Below are positions 10,499-19,933 of a stretch of DNA of 53,894 nt, piece after piece. Source of the DNA: a virus (lineage: Duplodnaviria > Caudoviricetes); IMG/VR virus record IMGVR_UViG_3300048582_000124, positions 1 through 53,894 of that record, one strand, 5' to 3'. The notes beneath the pieces are model-generated. The model was given only the letters and a program-made list of their open reading frames with translations, was not told the DNA's origin and did no database searches. Position 1 is the first letter of the stretch; each line of letters begins with the position of its first letter. The position numbers and the translations under genes were made by a program.

Positions 10499-10860
10499 TA
10501 CATATCTCTTTTTAGTGATTCTGATTTAATAATACTTTCTGCTGCAAACGTTTCTCCCTCGGGTTCGTCTGATACTACGAGTACTCCGTCGGGATAATTT
10601 ACTTTCCACAGAAAAAATGATTTGTTGTTCTCATCGAACATTTTGAATCCGCGGGTCCACTGGCCATGCTTAATAAGTAACCATTCCCCTTCTTTAACGT
10701 CAGTGACACCTTCCCCGATAGAATATACTTGCGCCCATCTCGACCGTATGCCCGACTGTGTACCGTTATCGTCGAGCAAAATAATCTTACCTACAATTCG
10801 CACACCGCCTTGCAAATTATGCACCAGGACCTGACCTGGCAATGCTTTAGCTTTTACCAC
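10498..10860 (-). CDS. GroES-like co-chaperonin
   Basis: GKIILLDD..RWAQVYSIGEGVTDVKEGEW. Confidence 0.75.
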   Translation of the reverse strand: MVKAKALPGQVLVHNLQGGVRIVGKIILLDDNGTQSGIRSRWAQVYSIGEGVTDVKEGEWLLIKHGQWTRGFKMFDENNKSFFLWKVNYPDGVLVVSDEPEGETFAAESIIKSESLKRDM

Positions 10861-10866
10861 TTACAC

Positions 10867-11235
10867 TTATTCCTCATCTTCAAGAATAATGTCGCCGCTT
10901 TCGGTTTCTTTCTCGACTTTTGATTTCTTGGCGTTATCCACGGTATTGCTGCCCACAGGTCGACTTCTTTTATCTTCTTTACTCGCTTCGTCCTCGAATA
11001 CTTTTTCATCTTGTTGGTCGCCCTTAATACTTACATTAGTTTTCGAAACCGTATCTTTAGACACATAATGCCTTTGTGCCCTTGCTTGAGCCTTTTCTAT
11101 GATTTTACCGCCTGGACCTAACACGTCACCGTTTGCATTTGTACCCATGTTGCCGGCAGCCGAGGTTTTTTCATTCTTTCTACGTAATTCTTCCATATCA
11201 ACAATTACACCGCGATATGATCTGTACTTAGCCAT
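10867..11235 (-). CDS. Hypothetical protein
   Basis: 122 aa; AGNMGTNANGDVLGPGG; strong SD. Confidence 0.7.
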   Translation of the reverse strand: MAKYRSYRGVIVDMEELRRKNEKTSAAGNMGTNANGDVLGPGGKIIEKAQARAQRHYVSKDTVSKTNVSIKGDQQDEKVFEDEASKEDKRSRPVGSNTVDNAKKSKVEKETESGDIILEDEE

Positions 11236-11245
11236 AATAATCTCC

Positions 11246-11776
11246 TTATTTTAAAAACTCTTTAATATCTAACGAATAGCGTATGCTATCTATCTTATGC
11301 ACACCAATTAAAAACAGTATGTAAGATGCTACGCTAGAACCGCGCCCTACACCCCAAACTATGCGATTTTCGCGCAAATAACTCACTAAGTATATAAAGA
11401 AGCGCAATACGTTGTCTAAGTCACGTTCTTTAAATAATTTGTACTCTTCTTGCACTCTTTGCACTTCGATAGGCGTAGTGCATAACGACAATACATAAGG
11501 CAATACATCTAGTGTCTTATAATTATCGGGCATAAACCAAGTGTCTATCTTATTTTGATGATACTCGTCTACTGTACCAACAGCATCGTATTTATTATCT
11601 AGAAGTTCACAATCGGAGCGTAAAAGAGAATATGCATGTTCGTTAAAAAGGGTGCATTCTTCCGTATCGCTTACTCTGACGTCTTTTATCTCGCCTCCGC
11701 AGAGAATTAAATCAATTGCTTCGTCGACAGATAAAACAACATCAAAGTATTCGTTTATGCGATCCTTAATATTCAT
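11246..11776 (-). CDS. Stand-alone fragment of DNA polymerase III alpha (DnaE-like)
   Basis: WGVGRGSSVASYILFLIGVHKIDSIRYSL matches the DnaE GxGRGSxxxS...D motif. Confidence 0.75.
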   Translation of the reverse strand: MNIKDRINEYFDVVLSVDEAIDLILCGGEIKDVRVSDTEECTLFNEHAYSLLRSDCELLDNKYDAVGTVDEYHQNKIDTWFMPDNYKTLDVLPYVLSLCTTPIEVQRVQEEYKLFKERDLDNVLRFFIYLVSYLRENRIVWGVGRGSSVASYILFLIGVHKIDSIRYSLDIKEFLK

Positions 11777-12501
11777 TATTCTACAATCTTGGGTTTCCAT
11801 CTATCGATGTGTATAATCTCTGCTGGTTTAGTATCAGCAGAAATAATTTCAGTAATAGTGCCAAAACCGGATAACAGTGCATTTTCAAATTCTTGCAAAG
11901 GATCGGACACACGTTCGTATATTTCTTCTGGCAAAATATCCGAATTGGGCGGTGACAAAAATTCAAAAGAAAATCCATCGTACCTTTCCCACCACGGTGT
12001 TTCATGAAGCGACGGTAAATTAGTGTAGTTGCTTACCTTAGCAGGCAAATCGTACCCAGTGTCAGCGAGACAGAAAGTATATGTTGCCGGACTATCGCTA
12101 CTTGACAGCACTGCTTCTTTGATGAAAATATTGTCTGACACAATAGTAGACATCTTAGAATGAAGCATTCTGATAATTAAATCATCGGTTGGTTCGTCCG
12201 GACAGTGCATCATTATATTGTCAACTTTGCTGACAATGTCCATGCCTACCTCGTTAGCCGTGTTCACTGCAATAATATCGGGTAAACATGATTCTAGCCA
12301 AAAATGCAATTTCTGATAGGCCATGCCGCTAGCTGTTTGCATTTCTTTCATCGACCTAGAAGTGCCGTAATCAACTGCAACTAAATTTACTTTTAGTTCC
12401 CACTCAACTGGAATTATATACTTTTCCATTATGCGAGTACCGGAGAATTCAAAGTTTAATGTCATAAAACTTTTAATGTCGTTTTTATTTACTTTCTTCA
12501 T
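11776..12501 (-). CDS. Hypothetical protein
   Basis: 241-aa ORF. Confidence 0.7.
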   Translation of the reverse strand: MKKVNKNDIKSFMTLNFEFSGTRIMEKYIIPVEWELKVNLVAVDYGTSRSMKEMQTASGMAYQKLHFWLESCLPDIIAVNTANEVGMDIVSKVDNIMMHCPDEPTDDLIIRMLHSKMSTIVSDNIFIKEAVLSSSDSPATYTFCLADTGYDLPAKVSNYTNLPSLHETPWWERYDGFSFEFLSPPNSDILPEEIYERVSDPLQEFENALLSGFGTITEIISADTKPAEIIHIDRWKPKIVE

Positions 12502-12754
12502 TATTTGATTCTTCCGTTAGTCCTATGTTAATGGGATCCATGTATTTAGGGTTTGTTTTTTTAATATCATCTTCGAGCATCTTATCGAAACGCTTTATCT
12601 TTTCTTGTTCTAATGCGTAAATTGTTTGTTGTATAGTTTCTACTGTTGGACTATGGCCTAAATGAGATTGCATAGCAAGATAAGAATGACACTTACTTAG
12701 TTTTTCATAAATTTGGTCGTCTGTTAATGTAGATGTATCAAGAAAAGGATGCAT
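12485..12754 (-). CDS. Hypothetical protein
   Basis: 89-aa ORF. Confidence 0.65.
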   Translation of the reverse strand: MHPFLDTSTLTDDQIYEKLSKCHSYLAMQSHLGHSPTVETIQQTIYALEQEKIKRFDKMLEDDIKKTNPKYMDPINIGLTEESNNEESK

Positions 12755-13147
12755 TTATTTTTTAGCCGATTGATATGCTTTCATGATACCCATCCAGTCT
12801 ATGCTAGAAGGAGATAATTCGTCCGTCATCGAACTCGAAAATGATCTACCGGAGTACGGATCAGCAGCGGTTCCACGCATCGAAGTATAATACTGATCGT
12901 AATAACTTTTCCCACGACGAGTATCGGTGTTCCTAATCATAACTTCTCTACGCAAATGCTCGACTTCTTTCTCAAGTTTTGCAAATTCTGAAAATATAAT
13001 ATTTTCTAAGAATCCTGGTGTATCATTTGTGCCTGTCAACGCCGCAACAATAAGCAGTTCACGGAAAGCACTTTTTGTTTCTGGATTATCGCTGCTAATG
13101 ATTTTATCTAGCAATTTTACTAACTGTTTTAATTCTATGTTTTCCAT
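12755..13147 (-). CDS. Hypothetical protein
   Basis: 130 aa; SD AGGAG; GCTAAATA upstream at 13166-13173. Confidence 0.7.
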   Translation of the reverse strand: MENIELKQLVKLLDKIISSDNPETKSAFRELLIVAALTGTNDTPGFLENIIFSEFAKLEKEVEHLRREVMIRNTDTRRGKSYYDQYYTSMRGTAADPYSGRSFSSSMTDELSPSSIDWMGIMKAYQSAKK

Positions 13148-13206
13148 AACTATACTCCTGTAATGTATTTAGCTTAATGAAATACTAAGCTATACATTTT
13201 ATGACT

Positions 13207-13440
13207 TTACTCATCTTCGTCGTAATCGTCGTAATCGTCAAGTTCTTCTTCACTGATTGCGTAACGATTTCTGATTTCCTCTATTCGTGCAGCCAATGCT
13301 ACATCGCCCTCGTAGGTTAACGTAACATAAAACATCGGTGCTAAACCGGCAACCACATGTTCGGGCGATTGCGCCGGTGCAAAAGATAACAAAAACTTTA
13401 AATCATCTCTTAGCTGTGTGCCATTGTTTTCTTTTGTCAT
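13207..13440 (-). CDS. Hypothetical protein with acidic tail
   Basis: 77 aa; SD GGAG. Confidence 0.65.
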   Translation of the reverse strand: MTKENNGTQLRDDLKFLLSFAPAQSPEHVVAGLAPMFYVTLTYEGDVALAARIEEIRNRYAISEEELDDYDDYDEDE

Positions 13441-13451
13441 AAAATCTCCGC

Positions 13452-13479
13452 GAAAAGTGCAGGTTTCCCTGCACTTTTC
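13452..13479 (-). terminator. Stem-loop / terminator after the SPFH gene
   Basis: 12-bp stem GAAAAGTGCAGG/CCTGCACTTTTC. Confidence 0.7.
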
Positions 13480-13484
13480 TTTTG

Positions 13485-14885
13485 TTATTGTTTGTCAGTA
13501 GTCGAACGATCGTAGTCTAACTGTTTCGCCATTTGCATAGTCATTAATTGCACCATGCTTTGCAATTCAGTATTGCTGCCCGTCGGCACAGAACCGTTGT
13601 CGCCGCTGCCGCTTACAAATACTGTGCTAGGTACGTTACGCTTTGCAAACGCTTCTGCCCAGACTTGTTGAATTTGTACTTCAGCTTGCAATTTTTGCTC
13701 TAGTGCGTTGTCACCTTTGATACGTGCTTCGCGTTCGTACTTATCCGCGTCTGCAAGTACTTTCTTCGATTCTGCAATTAAGCGGTCACGTTCAAGTTGA
13801 ATAGACGCAGCATCTTTCTGTACAGAAGCCTGTTCTTTAAGTTTAGCAGCGCCAATCAAAGTAAGAGCTTTGTCAGTCTCAGCTTCGGTTGTGTGTTTAA
13901 TCTGCGACTTTTTAACAGCAGCTTGCTCTTCAGCAATTTCGCGTTCGCCACGTACAATGGCAAGTTGCTTCTGTTCTTCCTCCTGAATACGTTGTTCACG
14001 TGCAATAGAACGGTCAGCGGATGCTTGCTGCTGTTGTTCCATTCGGCGCTTAAACGCATCGTTCGGCTCGAAGTCAGTAATCTTTGCGTCAACTACAGTG
14101 ATACCAAAGTTCTTATAGTTGTGAGCCCGTGTTTTGTACGAACCATCTGCATTAGTAAGTTTCAGTACGTTAAAGCGTGTTTGCTGCTGATCGCCGTACT
14201 CGTCCTGCTCAGTACCTTTAGAAGCGTCTGCGCTACCCTTTCGGTGAATAGTAGTTGTTCCGATAAATTCTTGACGATCTACAAGAAAGATACCTTCGCG
14301 CATCTGATAGTCAAAATCCATCTGGAAATCGTTACGCTTACCGTTGAAGTAATCTTCTGCAGACATCAACGAGGAGCTTGCTGTAATAACTTGCTGCACA
14401 GTAGGCACAAGTTCAGTTCGCAGCAGGTTGTCTGGTGTACGATACTCCTCTGCCATTGCAAGGAAGGACGGAATGTCTTCTGGCAAGCGGAATCGTGTAG
14501 TCTGTTGAATCAATCCATCTACACGGTCAAGCATACGAATAGATTGTGGCGGAAGTGAAGATGAAGTCATTTCTTCACCGTTATTTGAATCTTTAGTATG
14601 CGCAACTGACATAGCCTTCTTCCACGGATATTCAGTACCGAATCCCTTGAACTTCCAGCCAGGCTCGTTATATCCGATTACTTCGCCGGTAATAGTTCGT
14701 ACCTGATACAAGTAACCGGGGTCTGAATAAAACATTGCGCCTGTCCATGCACCGATTGCAATTAGTATTGCACTAATTACTGACACAAAGGGCGTGACAC
14801 GCGACCGGGCCTCTTCCGGGACAAAACCTCGTGCTACTACAAAATACGCAAGGAGTGCAATAATACCAACAATCATTAGAAACAT
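13485..14885 (-). CDS. SPFH/band-7 (flotillin-like) membrane protein
   Basis: Two N-terminal TM segments, SPFH-like core (YKNFGITVVDAKITDF), long Ala/Glu coiled coil. Confidence 0.8.
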   Translation of the reverse strand: MFLMIVGIIALLAYFVVARGFVPEEARSRVTPFVSVISAILIAIGAWTGAMFYSDPGYLYQVRTITGEVIGYNEPGWKFKGFGTEYPWKKAMSVAHTKDSNNGEEMTSSSLPPQSIRMLDRVDGLIQQTTRFRLPEDIPSFLAMAEEYRTPDNLLRTELVPTVQQVITASSSLMSAEDYFNGKRNDFQMDFDYQMREGIFLVDRQEFIGTTTIHRKGSADASKGTEQDEYGDQQQTRFNVLKLTNADGSYKTRAHNYKNFGITVVDAKITDFEPNDAFKRRMEQQQQASADRSIAREQRIQEEEQKQLAIVRGEREIAEEQAAVKKSQIKHTTEAETDKALTLIGAAKLKEQASVQKDAASIQLERDRLIAESKKVLADADKYEREARIKGDNALEQKLQAEVQIQQVWAEAFAKRNVPSTVFVSGSGDNGSVPTGSNTELQSMVQLMTMQMAKQLDYDRSTTDKQ

Positions 14886-14903
14886 TAATTTTTACCTTTT
14901 AAG

Positions 14904-15347
14904 TTAGAGTTCGATGCCTTCTTTTAAGAAAGAAAGCGTTTTATTTCCTGCTACGATAAAATGATCGAGCAGAGTGACATCCATGCAATTTAGCAATCCA
15001 GCGATATCTTTAGTAACTTCGATGTCACTTTTGGATGCTCCGAGCTGCCCGCTTGGATGATTATGGAACAATACAACATTTGATGCATTGTTTTGCAGCA
15101 CTTCCTTCACTACTACGCGAGGATGCACACTAACTGAGTCCACTGTACCGAAGAACAGTTCTTTAATGGCAATTACGTTGTATGCAGGATCCAACATAAT
15201 AATGCCGAACACTTCTTCGGTACGCTCTGCATATTTCAGGGTCAGATAATTTTCTACATCTTCGACCTGTGACATACTTACAGCATTGCGTTGTAAACGA
15301 GCGCTAAGAATTTGCAGTGCTTTCTCTACTACTTGATCATCAGTCAT
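14904..15347 (-). CDS. RadC-like JAB domain protein
   Basis: E...HNHPSG..SKSD...LLDHFIV. Confidence 0.9.
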   Translation of the reverse strand: MTDDQVVEKALQILSARLQRNAVSMSQVEDVENYLTLKYAERTEEVFGIIMLDPAYNVIAIKELFFGTVDSVSVHPRVVVKEVLQNNASNVVLFHNHPSGQLGASKSDIEVTKDIAGLLNCMDVTLLDHFIVAGNKTLSFLKEGIEL

Positions 15348-15379
15348 GTGTGCATTCTGTTGTAGTTAATGACATACAT

Positions 15380-15408
15380 ATAATAGCACAACAAAATAAC
15401 TTCGTCAA
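15380..15408 (-). promoter_or_regulatory. sigma70-type promoter
   Basis: TTGACG-17-TATTAT with extended TG. Confidence 0.7.
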
Positions 15409-15415
15409 CGTTTAG

Positions 15416-15868
15416 TTAAAGAATCCAATGCACCTTTTCCATGCTAGTTATGGTCGTGTCTATGATCTCAGCTATTACGTCCCAATCACCGCCGCCAAGC
15501 CCGGCACCGATAGATGGGAAATGGAGAATTGGTTTTATTTTGGGATAATATTTCGGTAGATCGTTGATCTTCTCAAAACACTGCAATATTGCTTCATAGT
15601 CGACCTGACGACCTATAAGAGCTTTGGGGTGACCGTTATAATAACGCTGTGTGATTGCGTTAATTACTACTCGGTCTTGATCTACTATTACGGGTACAGC
15701 CGATCCCATGCTCAGGTCGTTTCGGTAGGTCACATACACTTTCGGCCAGCGTTGTTTAATAGCTAGTGCTATGCCACTACCCATTACTCCTTGGGCGTTG
15801 CAACCGTGTACTATAAAACCACGATTATCGTCTGATAGTACAAGGTCGCCTTTTCTTTGAACAAACAT
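15416..15868 (-). CDS. Macrodomain ADP-ribose hydrolase (T4 Tk.4 / DarG-like)
   Basis: KGDL, IVHGCNAQGVMGSGIA, PSIGAGLGGGDW. Confidence 0.85.
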   Translation of the reverse strand: MFVQRKGDLVLSDDNRGFIVHGCNAQGVMGSGIALAIKQRWPKVYVTYRNDLSMGSAVPVIVDQDRVVINAITQRYYNGHPKALIGRQVDYEAILQCFEKINDLPKYYPKIKPILHFPSIGAGLGGGDWDVIAEIIDTTITSMEKVHWIL

Positions 15869-15884
15869 TTGTTAATCTCTTTGT

Positions 15885-16835
15885 TTATCTTCTTCTAACG
15901 CCTTGTTGTGCAAATTCTCCCATTGGGGCAAATGGCAACAAGGCACCGTATCCCTCGTCGGGGTCGTGCCATCCTGGGTGAGTAGCCATCCACAATAAAT
16001 GCTGTCGCATATCTTCTGTATTAAAAATAGGTGTGTCGCTATCTTCGACATCCATATGTTTAGCCATAATTAATGCACATAGTCCTGCAACAAACGGAGA
16101 CGCCATTGATGTGCCACTTAACGAAGCATAACTATTATCTAGATAAGTAGACCATATATCCTGCCCCGGCGCCATAAAATCTACTTCGCCTCCTCTAGAA
16201 CTGTACCCGGATATTCTTCCGTTCCAATCGTGTGATGCAACTGTAATTACACCACCATACTTTCCGGGATATCCGATAGAATTAGCAAATAATGCGCCGT
16301 CGTTTCCTGCTGCACAGCAAATAATAACACCTTTCATTAAGGCGTAATGCACTGCTTCGAACAATCTGTTTGTTGTGTCGGGTCCGCCTAATGACATATT
16401 AATAATGTGGGCGCCGTTGTCTGTTGCCCATATTATTCCGTCTGAGATCCAATCGTAAGATCCGCTACCGTCATTTGCCAACACTTTGCCAATCATTAAA
16501 TCGCACTCGGGGGCCATGCCTACGAATCCGACGTTATCCTTTCTTGCCCCTATAATGCCAGCTACATGTGTGCCGTGACCGTTTTGATCCTGTACACCGT
16601 CGCCGGTGAAATCTTTTGTTAGTACTATACCGGATTTTAAGTCTTTATGATTAAGATCCACGCCTGTGTCTAGTATTGCAACTTTTGCACCCTTGCCCAT
16701 GGTCTGTGACCAAACATCGGGTATTCCTAGCAAATTTTCTGCCCAGTTTGTTTCTTCTATATTCTCGTTGGGCAAATCAGCTTCTGATATAATTTTTCCT
16801 ACTCTAAAGCGTGGTAATCCGGGTTTAGCGTTCAT
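15885..16835 (-). CDS. Subtilisin-like serine protease (S8), intracellular type
   Basis: ILDTGV, HGTHVAG, GTSMASP triad; no signal peptide. Confidence 0.93.
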   Translation of the reverse strand: MNAKPGLPRFRVGKIISEADLPNENIEETNWAENLLGIPDVWSQTMGKGAKVAILDTGVDLNHKDLKSGIVLTKDFTGDGVQDQNGHGTHVAGIIGARKDNVGFVGMAPECDLMIGKVLANDGSGSYDWISDGIIWATDNGAHIINMSLGGPDTTNRLFEAVHYALMKGVIICCAAGNDGALFANSIGYPGKYGGVITVASHDWNGRISGYSSRGGEVDFMAPGQDIWSTYLDNSYASLSGTSMASPFVAGLCALIMAKHMDVEDSDTPIFNTEDMRQHLLWMATHPGWHDPDEGYGALLPFAPMGEFAQQGVRRR

Positions 16836-16861
16836 AGTATTTTCCTCCTAACTATGTAACG

Positions 16862-17206
16862 CTATTTAGTATCTTCTTGGTAAATTATAGCAAATTTGGT
16901 ACTACTAGGCCACATTGCCTTAATAGAGACAACGTCTAGCCCTAAAAACAGTGCAACTGCCAAAATATCCTCTTCGTCTACAAACGCAAAGTAACGACGA
17001 TAATACGTCATATATGTTTTGTGATCAAAAATCGGAGACTGAATATTAGTCGAATATCCCCATATCCCTGAACAATTTTCGCCACACCATTTTTTTAATT
17101 TGCAATAAGCAGCAAAGTTAGCAGATTCTCCAAGTTCTCCACGTACACTTACTACGCGAAATCCGCATCCGCTAGGAAGATACTGGTCCATCAGGAGTTG
17201 CTTCAT
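16862..17206 (-). CDS. Hypothetical protein (small paralogous family)
   Basis: WCGENCSGIW...FVDEEDILAVAL. Confidence 0.65.
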   Translation of the reverse strand: MKQLLMDQYLPSGCGFRVVSVRGELGESANFAAYCKLKKWCGENCSGIWGYSTNIQSPIFDHKTYMTYYRRYFAFVDEEDILAVALFLGLDVVSIKAMWPSSTKFAIIYQEDTK

Positions 17207-17439
17207 TACGCACCGTTGTAATTTTCTACAAATTCGTCGGCGTCTCTAGGATCGGAGAAACGGAAGCATGCATACTCACCGTCTGACAAGTCAGCAAAGT
17301 GACTGCGAGACTTATCAGCAAGCGATACTAAATCCTTTGTATCTAGATCGAGCGAATCTACTGCGACAGTTGTCCAGTCTCTAGTAAAGTTTTCTACTTT
17401 AACAAAATCACCCAAAATACGATTGCCCACTTGTCTCAT
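17206..17439 (-). CDS. Hypothetical protein
   Basis: Start reassigned to MRQVGN; FRFSDPRDADEF. Confidence 0.6.
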   Translation of the reverse strand: MRQVGNRILGDFVKVENFTRDWTTVAVDSLDLDTKDLVSLADKSRSHFADLSDGEYACFRFSDPRDADEFVENYNGA

Positions 17440-17440
17440 A

Positions 17441-17746
17441 TCATTTCCCTTTTTTGTTGGTAAAAACGTCAGCCCATTGTTCAACAATGTCGACCCAGAC
17501 TTCTTCGACTGTCTTCTCACTCTTTACTTTCTGCTTTATCATCTTAATCGAAACTACGTGTTCACGCCCCGATAGTAACGTAACCTTAACCCAAAGATCA
17601 TCAGACAACGCATTAACGACTGCAACTTCGTCGTCCACGTGGTCGATGCACTGCATTGTCTCGATTAAAGAAATCGGTATATACACTAAGTCAGTCGACA
17701 GCAGTAAACTAACGCGAACTGTAGTAGAGCTAAAGGTTGCGCTCAT
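17441..17746 (-). CDS. Hypothetical protein
   Basis: 101 aa, coupled overlap. Confidence 0.6.
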   Translation of the reverse strand: MSATFSSTTVRVSLLLSTDLVYIPISLIETMQCIDHVDDEVAVVNALSDDLWVKVTLLSGREHVVSIKMIKQKVKSEKTVEEVWVDIVEQWADVFTNKKGK

Positions 17747-17982
17747 AACAATGACAAATATAATGCATCGTCTTTCTGAAAAGACATGTTACGTATAATC
17801 ACTGCTCGGTTAACTATAGTATGGCGTTTAAGTAAGCGTAGAACTCTCCCGTCAATAGTCCAGTTATCTTTACCATGACCTACGTTAGTGTTCAACCATT
17901 TTACAACTTTATAAAAATGATCTCTATCCCGAAAGGAAATATTAATTTTTATTAAGTTGTCTATTTTTTCTGTATCGCTCAT
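17743..17982 (-). CDS. Hypothetical protein
   Basis: Start reassigned to MSDTEK; WLNTNVG..NW..DDALYLSL. Confidence 0.6.
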   Translation of the reverse strand: MSDTEKIDNLIKINISFRDRDHFYKVVKWLNTNVGHGKDNWTIDGRVLRLLKRHTIVNRAVIIRNMSFQKDDALYLSLL

Positions 17983-18034
17983 AGTGGTTCCTAAGAATAA
18001 ATGTTTTACTATATTAACACAATCATGCAAAATG

Positions 18035-18757
18035 TCAACTCCGAAGTAAAGATAAGGCAGTATTAAGTTGCTTGCTCGACTTGGAATCTCCCATCAACAC
18101 TTCGGTTAAAATTTCTTGATCAAGCCATTCGGTAACTTCGGGACTGTACTTAATTACCACACCATTCTTAGGCCACAATAACAAAAGTGCCCATTCTTTA
18201 GCAGTAAGCACCGATGATTGCATTGCACTGATTGTTAACAGGGGAAAAATTTCAATATTAGCTGTTAGCAGCCGCCGTAACTTAGTTTTGTCTCTTAACG
18301 TAGATAAGTTATTCGAAAGATCATTTAACCGCGACTTATCATAATTAACAAGCGTCTGCCATCCTGAATAAGAAATCCTAGACAACGGTATTTTAAGGGT
18401 TTTTACTAGTTTAGGATCGTTAGAAACTATATTATCAATTGCATAACTCGGCAGTTTTTCTAAATCAATATACTTAGCTGCAACATCTTTCGTAGATAAC
18501 CAGCGGACTCTTTCGTATACCGAAATAGAATTTACGTTAAGGTGTGGCGCAAATAATTCAAAATTAAACGCCAGGAGGTTATCGATTTGATGTGTGGTTA
18601 TATACTTAAAATCAAAAGAGTCCGGGGATCTCTTAAATTGCGCAAGTACCTTATCTGGATTAATCACATGCATTTGCCGTAAGATAGTTGCGGTAGCGGT
18701 AATTGTCGGCACTTTTGCTGTTGCTGATTTATACGTTCTTCGGTAACGGAATGACAT
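18035..18757 (-). CDS. Hypothetical protein
   Basis: 240-aa ORF starting immediately after the PurA-like gene. Confidence 0.7.
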   Translation of the reverse strand: MSFRYRRTYKSATAKVPTITATATILRQMHVINPDKVLAQFKRSPDSFDFKYITTHQIDNLLAFNFELFAPHLNVNSISVYERVRWLSTKDVAAKYIDLEKLPSYAIDNIVSNDPKLVKTLKIPLSRISYSGWQTLVNYDKSRLNDLSNNLSTLRDKTKLRRLLTANIEIFPLLTISAMQSSVLTAKEWALLLLWPKNGVVIKYSPEVTEWLDQEILTEVLMGDSKSSKQLNTALSLLRS

Positions 18758-18758
18758 A

Positions 18759-19922
18759 CTAATTATCCTTTTCTATTCTTTCTATTTTTATGTGTGCAGC
18801 AGTCGGACCCCAGCTGGTGTATACGTTCTCGGCTCCAGTTGCAAGTATAACCTCATCGATAATATTGTCAACGGGGGTGTCAGTTACTGAACTGCTTTGA
18901 TCGCAATGTGTAATCATAGCATTTACAGTGTACGACAGGTCTTCTAGCTTCGACAGGTCTTCTTCGATCGCATCAAACATTTTGTCGTAGTTTAACGGAG
19001 CGAATCTTAACTCACCTTGCCAGTCATTTTTTACATTAGTATCGTCTACTATGTTAACTGGTGTAACAATCTCATTGGGTAAAGGTCCTGCGCCGTGTCG
19101 GCTTAGGTACGCCCGCGTAATGTAAAATATATCGATATCGGCTTTCATGTTACTGATTAATTGTACAACATTTGTTAACCCCGTGCTAGAACGAGTAACA
19201 TATGGAAAATCCATACTATCTTGATCTAAAAATAATCCCTGAGCACCCTCGAACACAAGGTGTTCGAACAACTCAAACGCATCGGTATCTTTACAAGGTT
19301 TTACGTTATTATAAAATTCCTTTGCATCTCTAAGAAAACGTTCATCTACTCTTTCTAGTAGAATCGGGTTATTTTCGATTCCTAATTCCACTAAGCGCAT
19401 TGGAAAATATTCTGTTTTAATGTTTTCTAACTTTTCTGCTAATGTATCTGCATCTTTTAAATCGCTCACCCGAAGTGGGAAGCCGCGTTCGGCTCGCTCG
19501 ATAGTTTCGCCGAACCCGACTCCACAGCTACCGTGGCGTTCACCGGCTCGCGCTTTTTCAATCGTTTGATTTATATACACATCGTACGGTGTAGTTACGA
19601 GACATTCCTTGTCCACGTACACGTTAGGCAAAGTGCCACATTTCTTATAGAGATCCATTGCTTCGTGCCAGAACAGTATCGGATTTACCACGAAGAATCT
19701 CGACAAGATAGTAGGGGCACCATTAAAAGTGCCCGATCCGAAGTGGTGAAATACATGACGAATTCCATCTTTACGTTGAACTGTGTGCCCTGCTTGAGCA
19801 CCACTATTAAATCGTACAACGGCTGTCTCCTTCCGGTCTTGGGTTAGCCAGTCGGTAGTAAGCCCTTTGCCTTCGTCGCCGTATCCTGCGCCGATTACAA
19901 TTTCAATAGATTTATTCGTCAC
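18759..19922 (-). CDS. Divergent adenylosuccinate synthetase-like protein (PurA family)
   Basis: YGDEGKG, GAQAGHT, FEGAQG, PYVT, RHGAGP, WGP; Asp-binding TTGR loop absent. Confidence 0.85.
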   Translation of the reverse strand: MTNKSIEIVIGAGYGDEGKGLTTDWLTQDRKETAVVRFNSGAQAGHTVQRKDGIRHVFHHFGSGTFNGAPTILSRFFVVNPILFWHEAMDLYKKCGTLPNVYVDKECLVTTPYDVYINQTIEKARAGERHGSCGVGFGETIERAERGFPLRVSDLKDADTLAEKLENIKTEYFPMRLVELGIENNPILLERVDERFLRDAKEFYNNVKPCKDTDAFELFEHLVFEGAQGLFLDQDSMDFPYVTRSSTGLTNVVQLISNMKADIDIFYITRAYLSRHGAGPLPNEIVTPVNIVDDTNVKNDWQGELRFAPLNYDKMFDAIEEDLSKLEDLSYTVNAMITHCDQSSSVTDTPVDNIIDEVILATGAENVYTSWGPTAAHIKIERIEKDN

Positions 19923-19933
19923 GTTATTTTACC

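Noticed and set aside
18759-19922. PurZ / diaminopurine (Z) genome system
   Set aside because: The motif is GDEGKG with Asp, not the PurZ GSTGKG type; no DatZ-like HD protein is nearby and MazG is in a different transcription unit
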